This document shows positions 31,716 to 43,137 of a stretch of 64,000 bases of DNA, in pieces. The stretch spans positions 124,001 through 188,000 of the forward strand of contig CDRNVI010000003.1 in NCBI GenBank assembly GCA_977017575.1. Reading direction: 5' to 3'. The translations under genes and the position numbers were made by a program. Under the pieces are notes generated by a model that saw only the letters and a list, made by a program, of their open reading frames with translations, searched no databases and had not been told where the DNA came from. The DNA is from Paramoeba atlantica. Taxonomy: Eukaryota; Protista; Discosea. The stretch's first letter is position 1, and every line of letters starts with the position of its first letter.

Positions 31716-32588
31716 CTATTTCCGCAGAACAATTTTGGTGCGCTGGTACTTGAATTGGAAGGTATATGGAAGATCGTATTGATAAACTAAACCTTCAAGA
31801 TCTACATTACCTTGCACCCACAATTGAGATAGGTTGCCTGGAGGGGATGCCAATTTTATAGTTCCACCAAATTTATTGTCATTGAGATACACATATTGCA
31901 GTGAAAAAGGAAACTTGGAAAAATTAAGTGCTCCACTGAGTTCATTTTTGCCAAGTCCCAAATATTCAAGTTCGTCCGGTAAATTAGTTAAATCTACTGT
32001 TCCAGAAAATTCATTACAGCTCAAGAACAACGCTTGCAAAGTTTGCGGAAGACATGTGAGATCTATTTCACCACTAAATGAGTTCATGCTCAAATGCAGC
32101 TCCTCCAGAACGCGGGGCAAATTTCGCAGATCTACGTTTCCCATGAAATAGTTCTCGTCTAGTCGTATGCTTGTCATTTCGGGCAACATGTGTGGCCAAG
32201 TGAAATTTCCTTCTAACATATTTTCCTCGGCGTGTACGGCATACAACGTGCTGGGTAGGTACTCCCAACAGAGCGTCCCCCCTAAGTTGAGATCGGTCCA
32301 GATAAGTCCTGTGACAGTATTCTCCTCGTAGCACTCTACCATTTCCCAATCACATGCGGGAACGCTAGAGTTCCATGATCGATGTCGATTCGACGCATTT
32401 GACACAAGACGCTCCAAGATGTATTCCTGGGGTAGTGAAGCACCACGAACCTTTGAAGGACGACGCTGTGAGGTTTTTAACATGTCCACCGTGTCGGATG
32501 CGGTTTCGTCTCGTCGGATTCGTTTTAAAGGTGGTTCATCATGGAACACAAATGCGGAGGGAATCATGGATAAAGGTTGGCCGTACAA
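31716..32588 (-). CDS. Leucine-rich repeat protein (member 6)
   Basis: Leader DEPPLKRIRR..RPSKVRGASLPQEY, cap ACDWEMVEC, LRRs. Confidence 0.9.
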   Translation of the reverse strand: MYGQPLSMIPSAFVFHDEPPLKRIRRDETASDTVDMLKTSQRRPSKVRGASLPQEYILERLVSNASNRHRSWNSSVPACDWEMVECYEENTVTGLIWTDLNLGGTLCWEYLPSTLYAVHAEENMLEGNFTWPHMLPEMTSIRLDENYFMGNVDLRNLPRVLEELHLSMNSFSGEIDLTCLPQTLQALFLSCNEFSGTVDLTNLPDELEYLGLGKNELSGALNFSKFPFSLQYVYLNDNKFGGTIKLASPPGNLSQLWVQGNVDLEGLVYQYDLPYTFQFKYQRTKIVLRK

Positions 32589-32859
32589 TCACTGCCTTGC
32601 ATAAAAGCAAGAAAAACAACTTCGAAGCCTTCTTTGAAATTAGAAAACACAGGATGCGTGATCCATAATATTGATAAAATATGGATAGATTTTGTCCTTT
32701 CTCTTCGTAGGTGTGTAATTTGATACCTTTACTCGTTTCATACTAGTTACACAGTACGGTAAGCCAAAAAGATGCAAGCCAAAACAAAAATTATACAGAT
32801 CTATTCAAGTAATTAAGTAAATGAATTTGCTACCATTGTTTGTATTTGTTGCTCGTCTT

Positions 32860-33717
32860 TTATTGACACGAGCGTGTAAAAGCAATTGCCCTGTTTTCAA
32901 GTTCTATAATTTCAGCTTTTGCCAATTTCATCTCATGATCAACTGAATGTATTTTTTGGATGCATTCATGACACGCAGTATTAGCCTCTTGGTGAGATTC
33001 CAAAGAGTGTGCAAATGCTTTATGTAGGTTTTCCGTACAATGTTCAACTTTCTTATGAAGCGCCGAAAGATCATCCTGTGTCTCAAACGTCAAAGGTTCC
33101 GCATAAAATATTGGGTGGGTAAGAGAAACAATAACATCATTCAAGTGAGAATTCTCTTTATCCGTATTAGTGTCCGATGCTGTTTCTTGTGTGAGTTCAG
33201 ACAATGAGGATTGAATTTCTGCAACAGTTTGGTGCAGAGATTCATGAGTCTTCTCTTTCGCCAAAGTTAATTCGTTAAGTTGAGAAAGTAGAATTTCATG
33301 ATTTTGTTCTATTTCATCTGTGCGCCGTGCTATTTCTTCCTCACGTTGTTTTTCTTTTTCCGTAGCCTCAGTCTCCCGATCCTGAACGTTCAACGCCTTC
33401 TGATACAATGAATTATAGTTTTCCGACAAGGCTTCCTTCTTTCCCTCTAATTCTGCACGACGCTCACTCCACTTTTGTGCTTTCTTCCGTGCGGTACCTA
33501 ATTGCTTTGTGAGGGCTGAGAGTTGCGAATCATACTGCTTAGATTGACGTTGACGTTTTGACTTCAATTTCTCAATGCTGGAAATAATCTGAGACTTTTT
33601 CTCACGAGCCTCCCGTAGCGCATGCATACGCTCCGATTTTGTCTCCAACACCTCTTGCAAGCGTTGCTTCCATTGAAAAGAGGGACTACAATTCTCGGAA
33701 TCGCTTTCGTGTTCCAT
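32860..33717 (-). CDS. Hypothetical coiled-coil protein
   Basis: E/K/Q-rich heptads from MEHESDSENC (ATG 33717); the upstream part of the ORF looks like UTR. Confidence 0.6.
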   Translation of the reverse strand: MEHESDSENCSPSFQWKQRLQEVLETKSERMHALREAREKKSQIISSIEKLKSKRQRQSKQYDSQLSALTKQLGTARKKAQKWSERRAELEGKKEALSENYNSLYQKALNVQDRETEATEKEKQREEEIARRTDEIEQNHEILLSQLNELTLAKEKTHESLHQTVAEIQSSLSELTQETASDTNTDKENSHLNDVIVSLTHPIFYAEPLTFETQDDLSALHKKVEHCTENLHKAFAHSLESHQEANTACHECIQKIHSVDHEMKLAKAEIIELENRAIAFTRSCQ

Positions 33718-34079
33718 ACGTAGTACAATAAATGTGCAAGCAAGAAAATTAATGTACGTGGAAGAGAATACCAAAATAAAAACTTCGTAAAAAATGATCC
33801 ACATATCACGAAAAACCGTTTTTTTACCAGTAAAGAAATCTTTTTTATGAAAAAATCGGATTCCTAAGACGATGAAGTACAGCCCTCGCAAATGAGAACA
33901 AAGCTTGAGTGCGGTATATACTATGGGGGACAGTAATCGTAAATTTAACAATGTAAGTTTTAGTTTGCATTTAAAAACAATTTTATTTTGCATTTCAAAG
34001 CAAAAACCTTTTACACACCCACAGATTTTCCCTCTCCCATCTTACCCATAACTTCATATTCCCCCACCCCCTTCCCCCC

Positions 34080-35480
34080 TCACGCGTGCAAACAACTCAT
34101 AAAATTCGTCTCCACATACTCTGCAAGCTGCACAAACGCCGGGTCATCACACCCTTGCGTCAACAACCCTACCTCCGCCCCACTCATCCCCTCTCTCTCC
34201 TCCATCACCCGCAACGCCACATTGTGATCCGACACCCCATGAAGGAAATCCTCCTGTTGCGCGCACAACACATTCCCCATGGCTTCTAACACCAAAAAGG
34301 CATTTCTCGAAACCTTTCGGGGCTCGTACCCCACCCCCCCCTCGTGCGCCCCACACGCGTTCCGGAACGCCTCACACAGAACCGCAACCCCCCCGTGCTG
34401 GACCAACGCTCGAATGGGATCCCGTCCCCCGACGGCAACCAGGTTGGCCACACACCACAGGAGCTCTGTGTGTTCCATCGAACCCACAGCCGCCTTTTGG
34501 GTAACATACAGAAGAGGAGGAATAAGATTATAAGATAAAATAAAAGGAGAAAAGTGAGCCCCGGGGGGATCGTGGGCGATGAGGTTACTCAGGGCCAGGG
34601 CGGTGGTTTGCCGTACAAAGGGGCAGGGGTGGAGGAGAAGGGAGGCGAGCAGATCGGGGAGCGCGGGGTGGGAGGGGAGGGTGGAGAGGAGCAGAGCGTC
34701 GGGCGCGGTGAGAAAGAGGACAAGACATTTGAGGAGACTGTGGAGGGCGACAGGTTGCCACAGGGGGGGATGGGAGAGAGGGGAGAGGATTTGGGAAAGA
34801 AAACCGAGGGCGTGCCAGTGTTCGATGTGGGAGAAGTTGTGGAGAAGTGTGGCGGTGTGGTGGAGGAGGAGGCTGTCGTGGGTTTGGAGTGAGTGGGAGA
34901 AAAGGGTGGAGAAAAGATGGAAAAAGGAGGAGGTAAGAGGAGGAAGTGGGTGATGGGGGTCGGTAACGCTCTTTTGTAGAAAAACAGCGGCGATAATGGA
35001 CTCAAGAAGAAATATTTCGTCCGATAAATGTCTCTCCTCTGAGTTTGATTGTGTGATATGAGTTGCGGCACCTACAAGAACTTTCGTAATTTGCTGGGAG
35101 GAAAGACGAAGGTAGGGACGAATGGCATAAAAAATAAGGGCGTGGGTTATCTTTTCCACGCTACAATACGTGGTAGTGCCAATCTCGTGAGAAGATTTTG
35201 GTGAAAGATAGCGATTCAGTAGCGTTTCTATATGTGCGTCAACAGATTGACCTTCCGCTGGTCGCAATTCGAGAGAAATTTGTTCTTCCTCAATAAAAAT
35301 ACGTTGTGAATTACGATTTTTGCTTCTTCTAAGAGATAACGTGTTTTGCTTTGCAGAGTTTCGCAAAGATTCACTGGCAGCATTCCGTCGCTTTCTGCAT
35401 TGCAAAAAATCAATAGTGGGCTTCGCAACACGTGTAGTGCACGTAGTGCCTGAAGTAACACCGCCTTGATTTGTAAACAT
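34080..35480 (-). CDS. Divergent importin-alpha-like ARM-repeat protein
   Basis: IBB-like RKRRNAASESLRNSAKQNTLSLRR; ARM motifs VRQTTALALSNLIA, ELLWCVANLVA, VLEAMGNVL. Confidence 0.65.
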   Translation of the reverse strand: MFTNQGGVTSGTTCTTRVAKPTIDFLQCRKRRNAASESLRNSAKQNTLSLRRSKNRNSQRIFIEEEQISLELRPAEGQSVDAHIETLLNRYLSPKSSHEIGTTTYCSVEKITHALIFYAIRPYLRLSSQQITKVLVGAATHITQSNSEERHLSDEIFLLESIIAAVFLQKSVTDPHHPLPPLTSSFFHLFSTLFSHSLQTHDSLLLHHTATLLHNFSHIEHWHALGFLSQILSPLSHPPLWQPVALHSLLKCLVLFLTAPDALLLSTLPSHPALPDLLASLLLHPCPFVRQTTALALSNLIAHDPPGAHFSPFILSYNLIPPLLYVTQKAAVGSMEHTELLWCVANLVAVGGRDPIRALVQHGGVAVLCEAFRNACGAHEGGVGYEPRKVSRNAFLVLEAMGNVLCAQQEDFLHGVSDHNVALRVMEEREGMSGAEVGLLTQGCDDPAFVQLAEYVETNFMSCLHA

Positions 35481-35736
35481 TCATAAATGTGACACTTTGT
35501 TGTGACTTAAAAATTAGCCAGAAGCCTAACGCAAAGAATAATGACCAATCCAACACCCGATGAATGGTAACAATATAAGAAACAATGAAAGAAAGTATAA
35601 TAAACAATGAGAATGATGAATGCTCACGAACAGTACATGTCAATTGAGCACACTTACATGTAGAACCACCACAAATATTTTCGAGTCTCATTTTGTCATA
35701 GGAAGAGACCAAAAAGGTAACACTACTTTCTCATTT

Positions 35737-36030
35737 TCAATTCGTGCTGTATGTCGTAGGTGTACCCCTCGGTTTTAAAAAAATACGTCCCTGGCAGTAT
35801 TGACAGATAATCATATCGGACGGACGTAGCTGCGCAGGACTGTTGCACTGAGCACAGAGGTAGGTGGAGGCCACCGTAGATGTCCCCACTCCCGATTGAA
35901 GCACAGCATGTAGAGAGGCACGAGTTCGTAGGGTTCGGTCTGTGGCAATGCTTTGGGTGCTCTCACTTGGGGCACGTGCTTCCAGAGAGGACACTGTGTT
36001 GAGCTGATACCCCGAACGTGGCTCTGACAT
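35737..36030 (-). CDS. RPB12: RNA polymerase shared subunit RPB12 (RPABC4)
   Basis: YLCAQC..(L)RPSDMIICQYCQGRIFLKPR zinc-ribbon signature. Confidence 0.8.
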   Translation of the reverse strand: MSEPRSGYQLNTVSSLEARAPSESTQSIATDRTLRTRASLHAVLQSGVGTSTVASTYLCAQCNSPAQLRPSDMIICQYCQGRIFLKPRGTPTTYSTN

Positions 36031-36554
36031 GACAGTAAGGTAGATTCTCAGTTAAGGGTGTATAAAAAATATACGAAAAATAGTACAACGTAGCGTTATC
36101 GATAAAAAGGAGTTTAAAATGGTACACTAAATCAGAATATCCCAAAAAATTGTTTCTTCGAATCAACCCACAGTAGGTTTTAGAAAAAAATGAATACGAG
36201 GAATTGAATTATGTGACTAGCTAAAAGGACGCTATCTACATATTAGACGAGCGAGCCAAATATTTTCTAGATTAAACGTAATCTACCGAATATAATATGT
36301 TTAAATATTAGAAAAAGAGAAAGAAAGAATGGCTTACGTAAGCTAGCAAGTTCACTTTATATACGATGTAGGTTTGAAAAGCAAGATATCACACGAAGAT
36401 ATTTTGATCGGAAAAGATAAAAAAATTGCGACTTAGAAGAATAAAATGATCATTTTTTTTTCATACTACATTGAAAAGAAAAATACAAAAGCTAGACGCA
36501 TGGTAGAATTTAAAAGAAAGCCAATAAATTGCAAGTAAAATACAAAAGAAATAC

Positions 36555-38390
36555 CTAGCACATAATTTCTTCTTGTGGCTCAGTAACATACTGGGCGACA
36601 CGCTCTTCGCTACGCTCAATTTGACTTTCAAAAAAATGAATTCGATTCTCACATTGCTCTTGGAATGCATTAAAACGTGCTGACAATTCAGTGATAACCA
36701 AGGGATTTATGCCGACTTCACAAGCGTTCATCGGAGTTGGTGCTTCTGAACGTTCTGGAAGTGTGTCTGATGAAAAATTCAAATTCTTTAAACACTGAAC
36801 GTAGGACAAGAGAGAGCCGTACTGTTCCTTAGAAAATGCAGCGAAAGTCGAATCAATTATATCTGCGTAAGCAGAGTCTGCGCAGCAGTCAGAAAAAGAT
36901 GAGGTTTTGAGAAGAAATTCTTTTAAAATACTTACAAGACGTTCTTTAAGAGTCAAAAGATCGGTAGTGCCTTCAGGTTGCGTCAAAAATGATGGAAAAG
37001 ACGCAAGCTTAAGAGTAACATCGTTGTCGCACTGTTTAAGTGCATGCTGTACTTCTTCAAAGTTTTGAAGAAATTGAGAAACCTGATCGACGCAACTTTC
37101 CTTAAGCGAGGTCTCATTATGAAGCTCTTCGTTGTGCGATCTCAATAATTCTATTTTTTTCTCCATTTCATCAACATCTCGTTCAAGTTTTTCTTGTTCA
37201 TCCTTTAATTTAGGCATCTCACAGTTCTTCAACGTCTTGGATATTTCTTCCACCTTTTCTTTCTCCACTTTCAATTCTTGCAACACTTGACTTTCACTAC
37301 GTAGAATGCTCTCATAACATAGAACCATCTCTTGCAAACGGTCCTGATTAGCTACCCACAAAGCTTTCCATTCGTGTGTCTGTTCTTCATCGATTTCATT
37401 TCTCCCATACGAGCAATTAATTTCAAGACCTTGTAAGGCCAGGTGGTGAAGTTCATTTTGTCTGTGCTCAAGAGACTCTTGCAACGCTTCTCCTTTAGCT
37501 TGTTCATCTAAAATCAGCTTCACATCGTTCATTCCCAATTCAACGTCACCCGCTTGACGTTTCAAATCAGAAAGAGTTTCGTACAGCGATGGTATCTTTC
37601 GTAGGATGGGATGTTGATTCTCAAATTCGCGCAGAGAAGTATTTAATTCGTCGTAACGGGTAAGAATACCCATGATATCAGATTTCTCAAATTCTTCATT
37701 CGTTGATTCCATAACCACGCTTTCCTTTTCCATCGAACCCTTTACATCCACAAGATCATGAAGAAACGACGATCGCATTCCCTTCTCACGCACATCCGCA
37801 AGAAAAGACTCCAAATGCAACAACTTCGACCGCAACGCGGTGCTTTCACCCCGTTTTACTTCGCGATCCCACGCTCCACTCTCCAGTCCCAACGCTTTAA
37901 CCCGCGCCTCGTACCTCTCCAAACGGCTCTCCCCACCCAGAGCGCTCTGCAGCGCCTCAACCCCCCGACGCGCGACCGCAGACACCGCACGTAGCATCGA
38001 GGAGCACACCGCGAGGCGCTTGCACTGCTTCTCGATCTCACCCGCTCGCGTGTGCTCGGCTTGTCGCTTTGTTGAGTACTCCAGAAGAAGGGCGTCGCGG
38101 TTTACTATGTTTTGTTGAGCACATCGAAGGGTCTCGGAGAGCTGGTCGTATAAGGTCTGCATCGCGACAAGGTTGTTCTCCCCTGTGTGGGTGTCGGTGA
38201 GATGGTGATTTCGATGCGTAAACATTAGCTGTGCGGATTTTTGAAGTTGTGCGTAAGTTTTGGATAGAGTGGGATCGGAGGAGAGCGCGGGGGTAGTGGA
38301 GGAGGTGGAGGGGGGTGGGGGGAGATTGGTAGGGGTCCGACCAAGGTGGAGAAGAGAGGTTGGGTGGGATTTTGGTTCGGTTTGTTTCAT
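36555..38390 (-). CDS. Hypothetical long coiled-coil protein
   Basis: 611-aa ORF on the cluster strand, heptad-rich. Confidence 0.65.
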   Translation of the reverse strand: MKQTEPKSHPTSLLHLGRTPTNLPPPPSTSSTTPALSSDPTLSKTYAQLQKSAQLMFTHRNHHLTDTHTGENNLVAMQTLYDQLSETLRCAQQNIVNRDALLLEYSTKRQAEHTRAGEIEKQCKRLAVCSSMLRAVSAVARRGVEALQSALGGESRLERYEARVKALGLESGAWDREVKRGESTALRSKLLHLESFLADVREKGMRSSFLHDLVDVKGSMEKESVVMESTNEEFEKSDIMGILTRYDELNTSLREFENQHPILRKIPSLYETLSDLKRQAGDVELGMNDVKLILDEQAKGEALQESLEHRQNELHHLALQGLEINCSYGRNEIDEEQTHEWKALWVANQDRLQEMVLCYESILRSESQVLQELKVEKEKVEEISKTLKNCEMPKLKDEQEKLERDVDEMEKKIELLRSHNEELHNETSLKESCVDQVSQFLQNFEEVQHALKQCDNDVTLKLASFPSFLTQPEGTTDLLTLKERLVSILKEFLLKTSSFSDCCADSAYADIIDSTFAAFSKEQYGSLLSYVQCLKNLNFSSDTLPERSEAPTPMNACEVGINPLVITELSARFNAFQEQCENRIHFFESQIERSEERVAQYVTEPQEEIMC

Positions 38391-38669
38391 GGAATAAGGT
38401 GGGGAGAAAAATATGGGAAATCACGTTAGATTCGTTTATGTGTTGAAAAAATTATAGTCACTTATTTGTGTACGAGACATTGGATAAAAAACGTTTTACA
38501 TGGAAGTAGGATTGTCGTACAAGACTCTAAAATGTTTCTGCAGTTCATGAAAGAAAAACGGATGAACCACCGAGCAACGAAACATGCATCTAAGCAAGGC
38601 AAGAAGGAATTATTTTTTTGAAACAGAAACGGGGAAAAAGACGTATAAGCAAGAAAAAAAATGACCGAT

Positions 38670-40457
38670 TTATTTGCATAATATGCTTAAGTCGAAAAAT
38701 GCTTGCGACGCCAAAAGAATGGCAACGTTAATTTGTGCTTTGAAATCCTCCATCGAAACATTCCGAGATTTGTGTGCGGTCGTGTACCTCCTGTTCAGAC
38801 GTACTAAATTGGTGGTAGATAAAGGCAATGTAGAACAATCTTCTTTTTCAGAAAGTACCCGTAATCCAGAAAGGGTTCGTGATTGAGCTGCATCAGGAGA
38901 ATCGCCATCAGTTGCGGGTGAAATTGGTGCGGATAAGAACGAAGAAGTACATACGTTTTTAAAATGTGGTGCATCGAGTTCTTTGTGAATTGAGGTTTCA
39001 TGATCAACGCTCATGGCTTCAAAGCAAGACAATTGCGACGAAAACAATTCGTGAACGAAAGAATCTATTTCATCATGTGCGACGCAATAAATTACCGAAG
39101 CAAGTGAAATTGCCCCTGCAAAAAATTGGACAAAGCCTGTCCCGGTGTACATTAAAAAATCAGTTATCGAACTTTTTGAATTCTTATGTCTGTTTGCCAA
39201 AAATAGATGGTTGGATACGGACGCACTTCTCATGTCGCCATCAGAAAAAATATCCATTCTTTGATCACCGACTCCGTGTTTTTGAAAAAGAAAAGACGCG
39301 TCTATCAATTCTTCTTGGCAAGCAGAAGCGCATGAGTTCATACTTCCATCACTTCTGTGCGTTAGCATAGTAATAAAGACACGCTCTACAAAACCTGTAC
39401 CATACGCGAAATTACGCTTCAAAGCCTTTTCATGAAGGTGAGAAATAACTTCATCGTTCGGGGCACGCCTTTCCCCATTATGAATCAGAGAATCCGAAAC
39501 TGAAGGAGGTAAACTTCTGCTAGGTCGAAAAACGTTAAGTAAGTGTCGAAACAAATCCCAAAGAAGAGATCCGCTCGGCCGCAAAGGCTGAAATAAAAAC
39601 GTTCGTTGCAGAATTCGAAAGTTGGATTGATGGAGAACGTGTCTTTCCCAAATGCTAATTGCATGTCTCGAAAGTTTCAGACGTTGTGCTGTGGGAGTAG
39701 AGCATACAGTATCCATAGAGGGGATGCGATGGGTAACACGAAAAATAACTAGCATGCACGCAATGCACTGATACAGAAGTGAACGAAATAAAAAGTCCTT
39801 ACCGCGAATTAAACGAGCAAGTGAATGAAACCACCGAACAAAAACAAGACGTTTGTCGGGGTCTTGCACAGCTGTTCGGCTTTCTTTTTTTGATGCATTG
39901 TCCTGCGAAGGTGCTATCTGTGGATCATTGTATACTTTGATCCCACGTATCTCGCTGCTACTGGGCGTGACGAATTTTTGTTGTTTACAAGAGGGCTCAT
40001 CTTGTGCGTCATGAACCGGTTGCACAGATCTATTGTAGGTATTTTTGTAGTTTCTACTTTTTTCAGACTGCCATTGCTCCAATGTGGGACTAAACATTCG
40101 GAAAAAAGAATCACACCAAAATTGAAAGCAAAATAGTAAACACCCCGTGTTGGATGGAAGCTTGCACTCCTCAGATATACAGAAGCAAGTGGTGACCATT
40201 TCGGGAAAAGATTCACACAGTAGAATCAGTGCCTCATAGGCAGTTATACAATAAATTTCGTGCATATGGGTTTGAACAAAATCCCAATCAAAAGCATTCC
40301 ACTTCAAATTTACTTGCTGTTTTGACTCAAAGCAAATTTCAGAATCCTTAATTCCGTGGAAAAAAAGTTTCGCAAGAATGGAAAGAGAAGACTCTCCAAG
40401 CATTAACGTGTAATTGTATAATGTAAAATCTGAGTATGATATCCATGAAAAGAGCAC
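38670..40457 (-). CDS. Hypothetical protein
   Basis: 595-aa ORF on the cluster strand; no family recognised. Confidence 0.55.
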   Translation of the reverse strand: MLFSWISYSDFTLYNYTLMLGESSLSILAKLFFHGIKDSEICFESKQQVNLKWNAFDWDFVQTHMHEIYCITAYEALILLCESFPEMVTTCFCISEECKLPSNTGCLLFCFQFWCDSFFRMFSPTLEQWQSEKSRNYKNTYNRSVQPVHDAQDEPSCKQQKFVTPSSSEIRGIKVYNDPQIAPSQDNASKKESRTAVQDPDKRLVFVRWFHSLARLIRGKDFLFRSLLYQCIACMLVIFRVTHRIPSMDTVCSTPTAQRLKLSRHAISIWERHVLHQSNFRILQRTFLFQPLRPSGSLLWDLFRHLLNVFRPSRSLPPSVSDSLIHNGERRAPNDEVISHLHEKALKRNFAYGTGFVERVFITMLTHRSDGSMNSCASACQEELIDASFLFQKHGVGDQRMDIFSDGDMRSASVSNHLFLANRHKNSKSSITDFLMYTGTGFVQFFAGAISLASVIYCVAHDEIDSFVHELFSSQLSCFEAMSVDHETSIHKELDAPHFKNVCTSSFLSAPISPATDGDSPDAAQSRTLSGLRVLSEKEDCSTLPLSTTNLVRLNRRYTTAHKSRNVSMEDFKAQINVAILLASQAFFDLSILCK

Positions 40458-41302
40458 GATACTTTAAAAAGTATGTAACATGTCTGTATAATTTCATTTA
40501 CACCCGTGACGATTTGTATTTATCTTTTGATTTACAGAAATTAGATACTTTGCTTACATTCTTAAACCCCAAATTGCAATGCCACCCACTGTACATTTAA
40601 TCTAGTAATGTAAATTCAAGTCGTGCAAATACAGTAAACGTCACTATTCTCAGAATGCTCAGTTGTACGTTGACACAAAAAAAAACGGCTTTTTTGTCGT
40701 TTTTCGTCACTATTCTCAGAATTGGTCTGTTGAACGTTGGCAGGCACTTTTTTATGAGGTCAAATCATAATTCTCATTTTTAAAAAAAAGTTTTTTAATG
40801 CAATCACTCACCGATGGATTCTTACTCTTGTCTTTGCCAGATCTTACTAAACATCTTTTAAGAATTATCTTTGATGGGCTTATCGAACGAGGAAAAACTT
40901 ATCCAACGAGGCTTATCGAACGAGGAAAAAGTCATTGAGCTCGTGAGGCGTAGTCCCGGCGACAGAGGCGTAGCCCCGGCGAATACAATATTGATATGAT
41001 GAACAGGATAGTTCTCACGACCATGGGTGTTCAGGAAGAGTAAGCAACGAGTTTAAGCAGTGAGCGAAGAATACGAAGAGAGTTAAGCAGTGATTAAAAG
41101 AAATTTATTTTTTTCTATTCTCGTTTTTGAGTATCGAATTCAATTGAATTCGAAAAACATGTGTGGCCGAAGCCACATTCTCATTTTTCAAAGTGCATTC
41201 TCATTTCGTACCCCTGCCGGGTAAATGGGTAATTACCCGGGTCTGCGACCCAGTTACCCGCACCGACCCGCATTGACAGGTCGTTTTAGAAAGATACATA
41301 TA

Positions 41303-42021
41303 CACCCCTGGGCAGCTTCATTTACCCCCCCCCCCACCCCCCCCCCTACAGGTCTTGTATTTTGTTTGATTTCGGAAAGATTTGGTATGGGACTGTTTTT
41401 CGCTCCGATCGTCTCGAATCCGCGGTCGTTTTCACTCGAGCGACCTTGATTTGCTCCGAGACCTTAAAATTTTTGTCCAAAAAGTCAATTTTTTTTGCTC
41501 ACCCTTGAAAAATCTACTTTTTTTCTGTTTTTTCCTCAATGGTCAAACGATATCGGGCTTCTTCCCTCCCGAATCAGCGTATTTCACCAGAAAGGCAAAC
41601 TCTCATCATAGCACGCTACAAGGAACTAAAATCCCTACGTGCTGTAGCTAATGAGCTCAAAATCTCCAGGAATGTTTTTTTTCTTCAGGAATTCGATGTT
41701 TTATCAGGAGTACATTACAAAGAAAGGTTATCACATTGGTTGTTGAATACGTATTCAGCGTCTTTTTTGCGTTCTCTAAGCATGATTTACATTTTTGAAA
41801 ACATAAAAAAATATTTAAAAGCAAGAAAAAAATTCAAAAAAAAAAGTGTACACCCTCAAAAATTGTCCAGTCATTTTAGTAAAAAAATATTATTCCAATC
41901 ATGAAAAGGACCGCGGATTCGAGACGATCGGAGCGAAAAACAGTCCCATACCAAATATTTCCGAAATCGAACAAAATGCAAGACCTGTAGGGGGGGGGGT
42001 AAATGAAGCTGCCCAGGGGTG
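41303..42021 (+). mobile_element. Internally deleted Tc1-like element, copy 2 (~120-bp TIRs, TA TSD)
   Basis: TA|CACCCCTGGGCAGCTTCATTTACCCC ... GTAAATGAAGCTGCCCAGGGGTG|TA; ORF 41539 has the Tc1 HTH start ISPERQTLIIARYKELKSLRAVANELKISRN. Confidence 0.88.
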
Positions 42022-42189
42022 TACATGTATACATCTGTTTGTTGAATCTTGTCATCGGGAAATAAACGTGCATCTTTGTTTCGGACCTTATGGTAAAGTG
42101 TTTTATGGCTAAGTAAGAAGTCAATAATCATATTACTCTTGTGTTTGATCGCACTAACTAATCTCTTCTTACCTAAATTTATCTGTACT

Positions 42190-43137
42190 CATGGCTCGTC
42201 AACGACGATTGAGCAGACACCTAGCACGCCTGAACTATTTTCGTCATCTGATACTGAAGATGGTAATACCCCTGAGTCAAAAAAAATGAAGCATCGCGAT
42301 ACTATACGGCACAAAATAACAGTAGAATCCTTATCTGGGCAATTCGTGCTCGTGCGCTGTCCTCCCGGATGCACTCACACACACACAGATATTCTCACCG
42401 ATCCTTTGGGCCAAAAGCTTCATTTCATATGTACCAAGGAAGGATGCGCATTTGAATCTCACTCTCGTTATAAAAATGTGTATCACAAGCATCGCCGCGA
42501 GTGCTCAAAATCTCTTGAAAATTCCCGATTGGCACAGGTAGAGAGTGCAAATAATCAGGGAGTAATTGTACAGCGCTTCGTAGGAAAAGTACTGCCATGC
42601 TTACAGACCCTAACGAATCTTTCTTCTAGTCGGTTTGTCTGTCTCGTGCATAAGTACGAGGATTTACGCCCTGATGTACCTGGAACAATGATAAAAAGAG
42701 CACTTCCGGAATCAAATTTAAAGAAGTGGCACCACTATTGTGAAGTGCTGTCGCATGACATATGGGGAAAACTTTCTGCCGACGTAGACTCGCGTAAGCT
42801 CTATGGAATTGCCGTAGACGCGGGCATTGACAAGGTAAAGGCTGAACATATCTTGTTGTCTGTGCTGTACGTTGGGTCAGAAGAGTATGTCTTACCACCG
42901 ATATATTCTCCAAGGCATCGTGCCTTTGACGGAAAGACGGCAGCTGAGCAGTTGATTTCTACTCTTCTGGCGAACCTTGGTGAAGTTCGTTTGCTTAAAA
43001 TGAGATACATTATTGCGGACGGCAGTGATGTAAATCACGTGGTTATATTCTTCCGGACGAAGGTGTTTCTCAGGATGGTAGCGATGTTGAAGTATCTGAT
43101 GTCGAAGAAGATGAATCTGTTATGCAGTAAAGATTAA
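42190..43137 (+). pseudogene. Truncated hAT-like transposase (zinc finger + first two catalytic Asp regions)
   Basis: CTKEGC...HKHRREC finger; YGIAVDAGID and RYIIADGSDVN align with hAT fs...De.tD and i.tDga..m; an acidic tail lies in a shifted frame at 43056-43130. Confidence 0.6.

Noticed and set aside
31415-31732. 105-aa ORF overlapping the LRR 3' end
   Set aside because: No recognisable motifs; overlaps an established CDS; may be decayed sequence.
40877-41095. Short tandem duplications (TTATCGAACGAGGAAAAA x2, GGCGTAG.CCCGGCGA x2, TTAAGCAGTGA x2)
   Set aside because: Local slippage duplications inside the outer transposon with no further structure.
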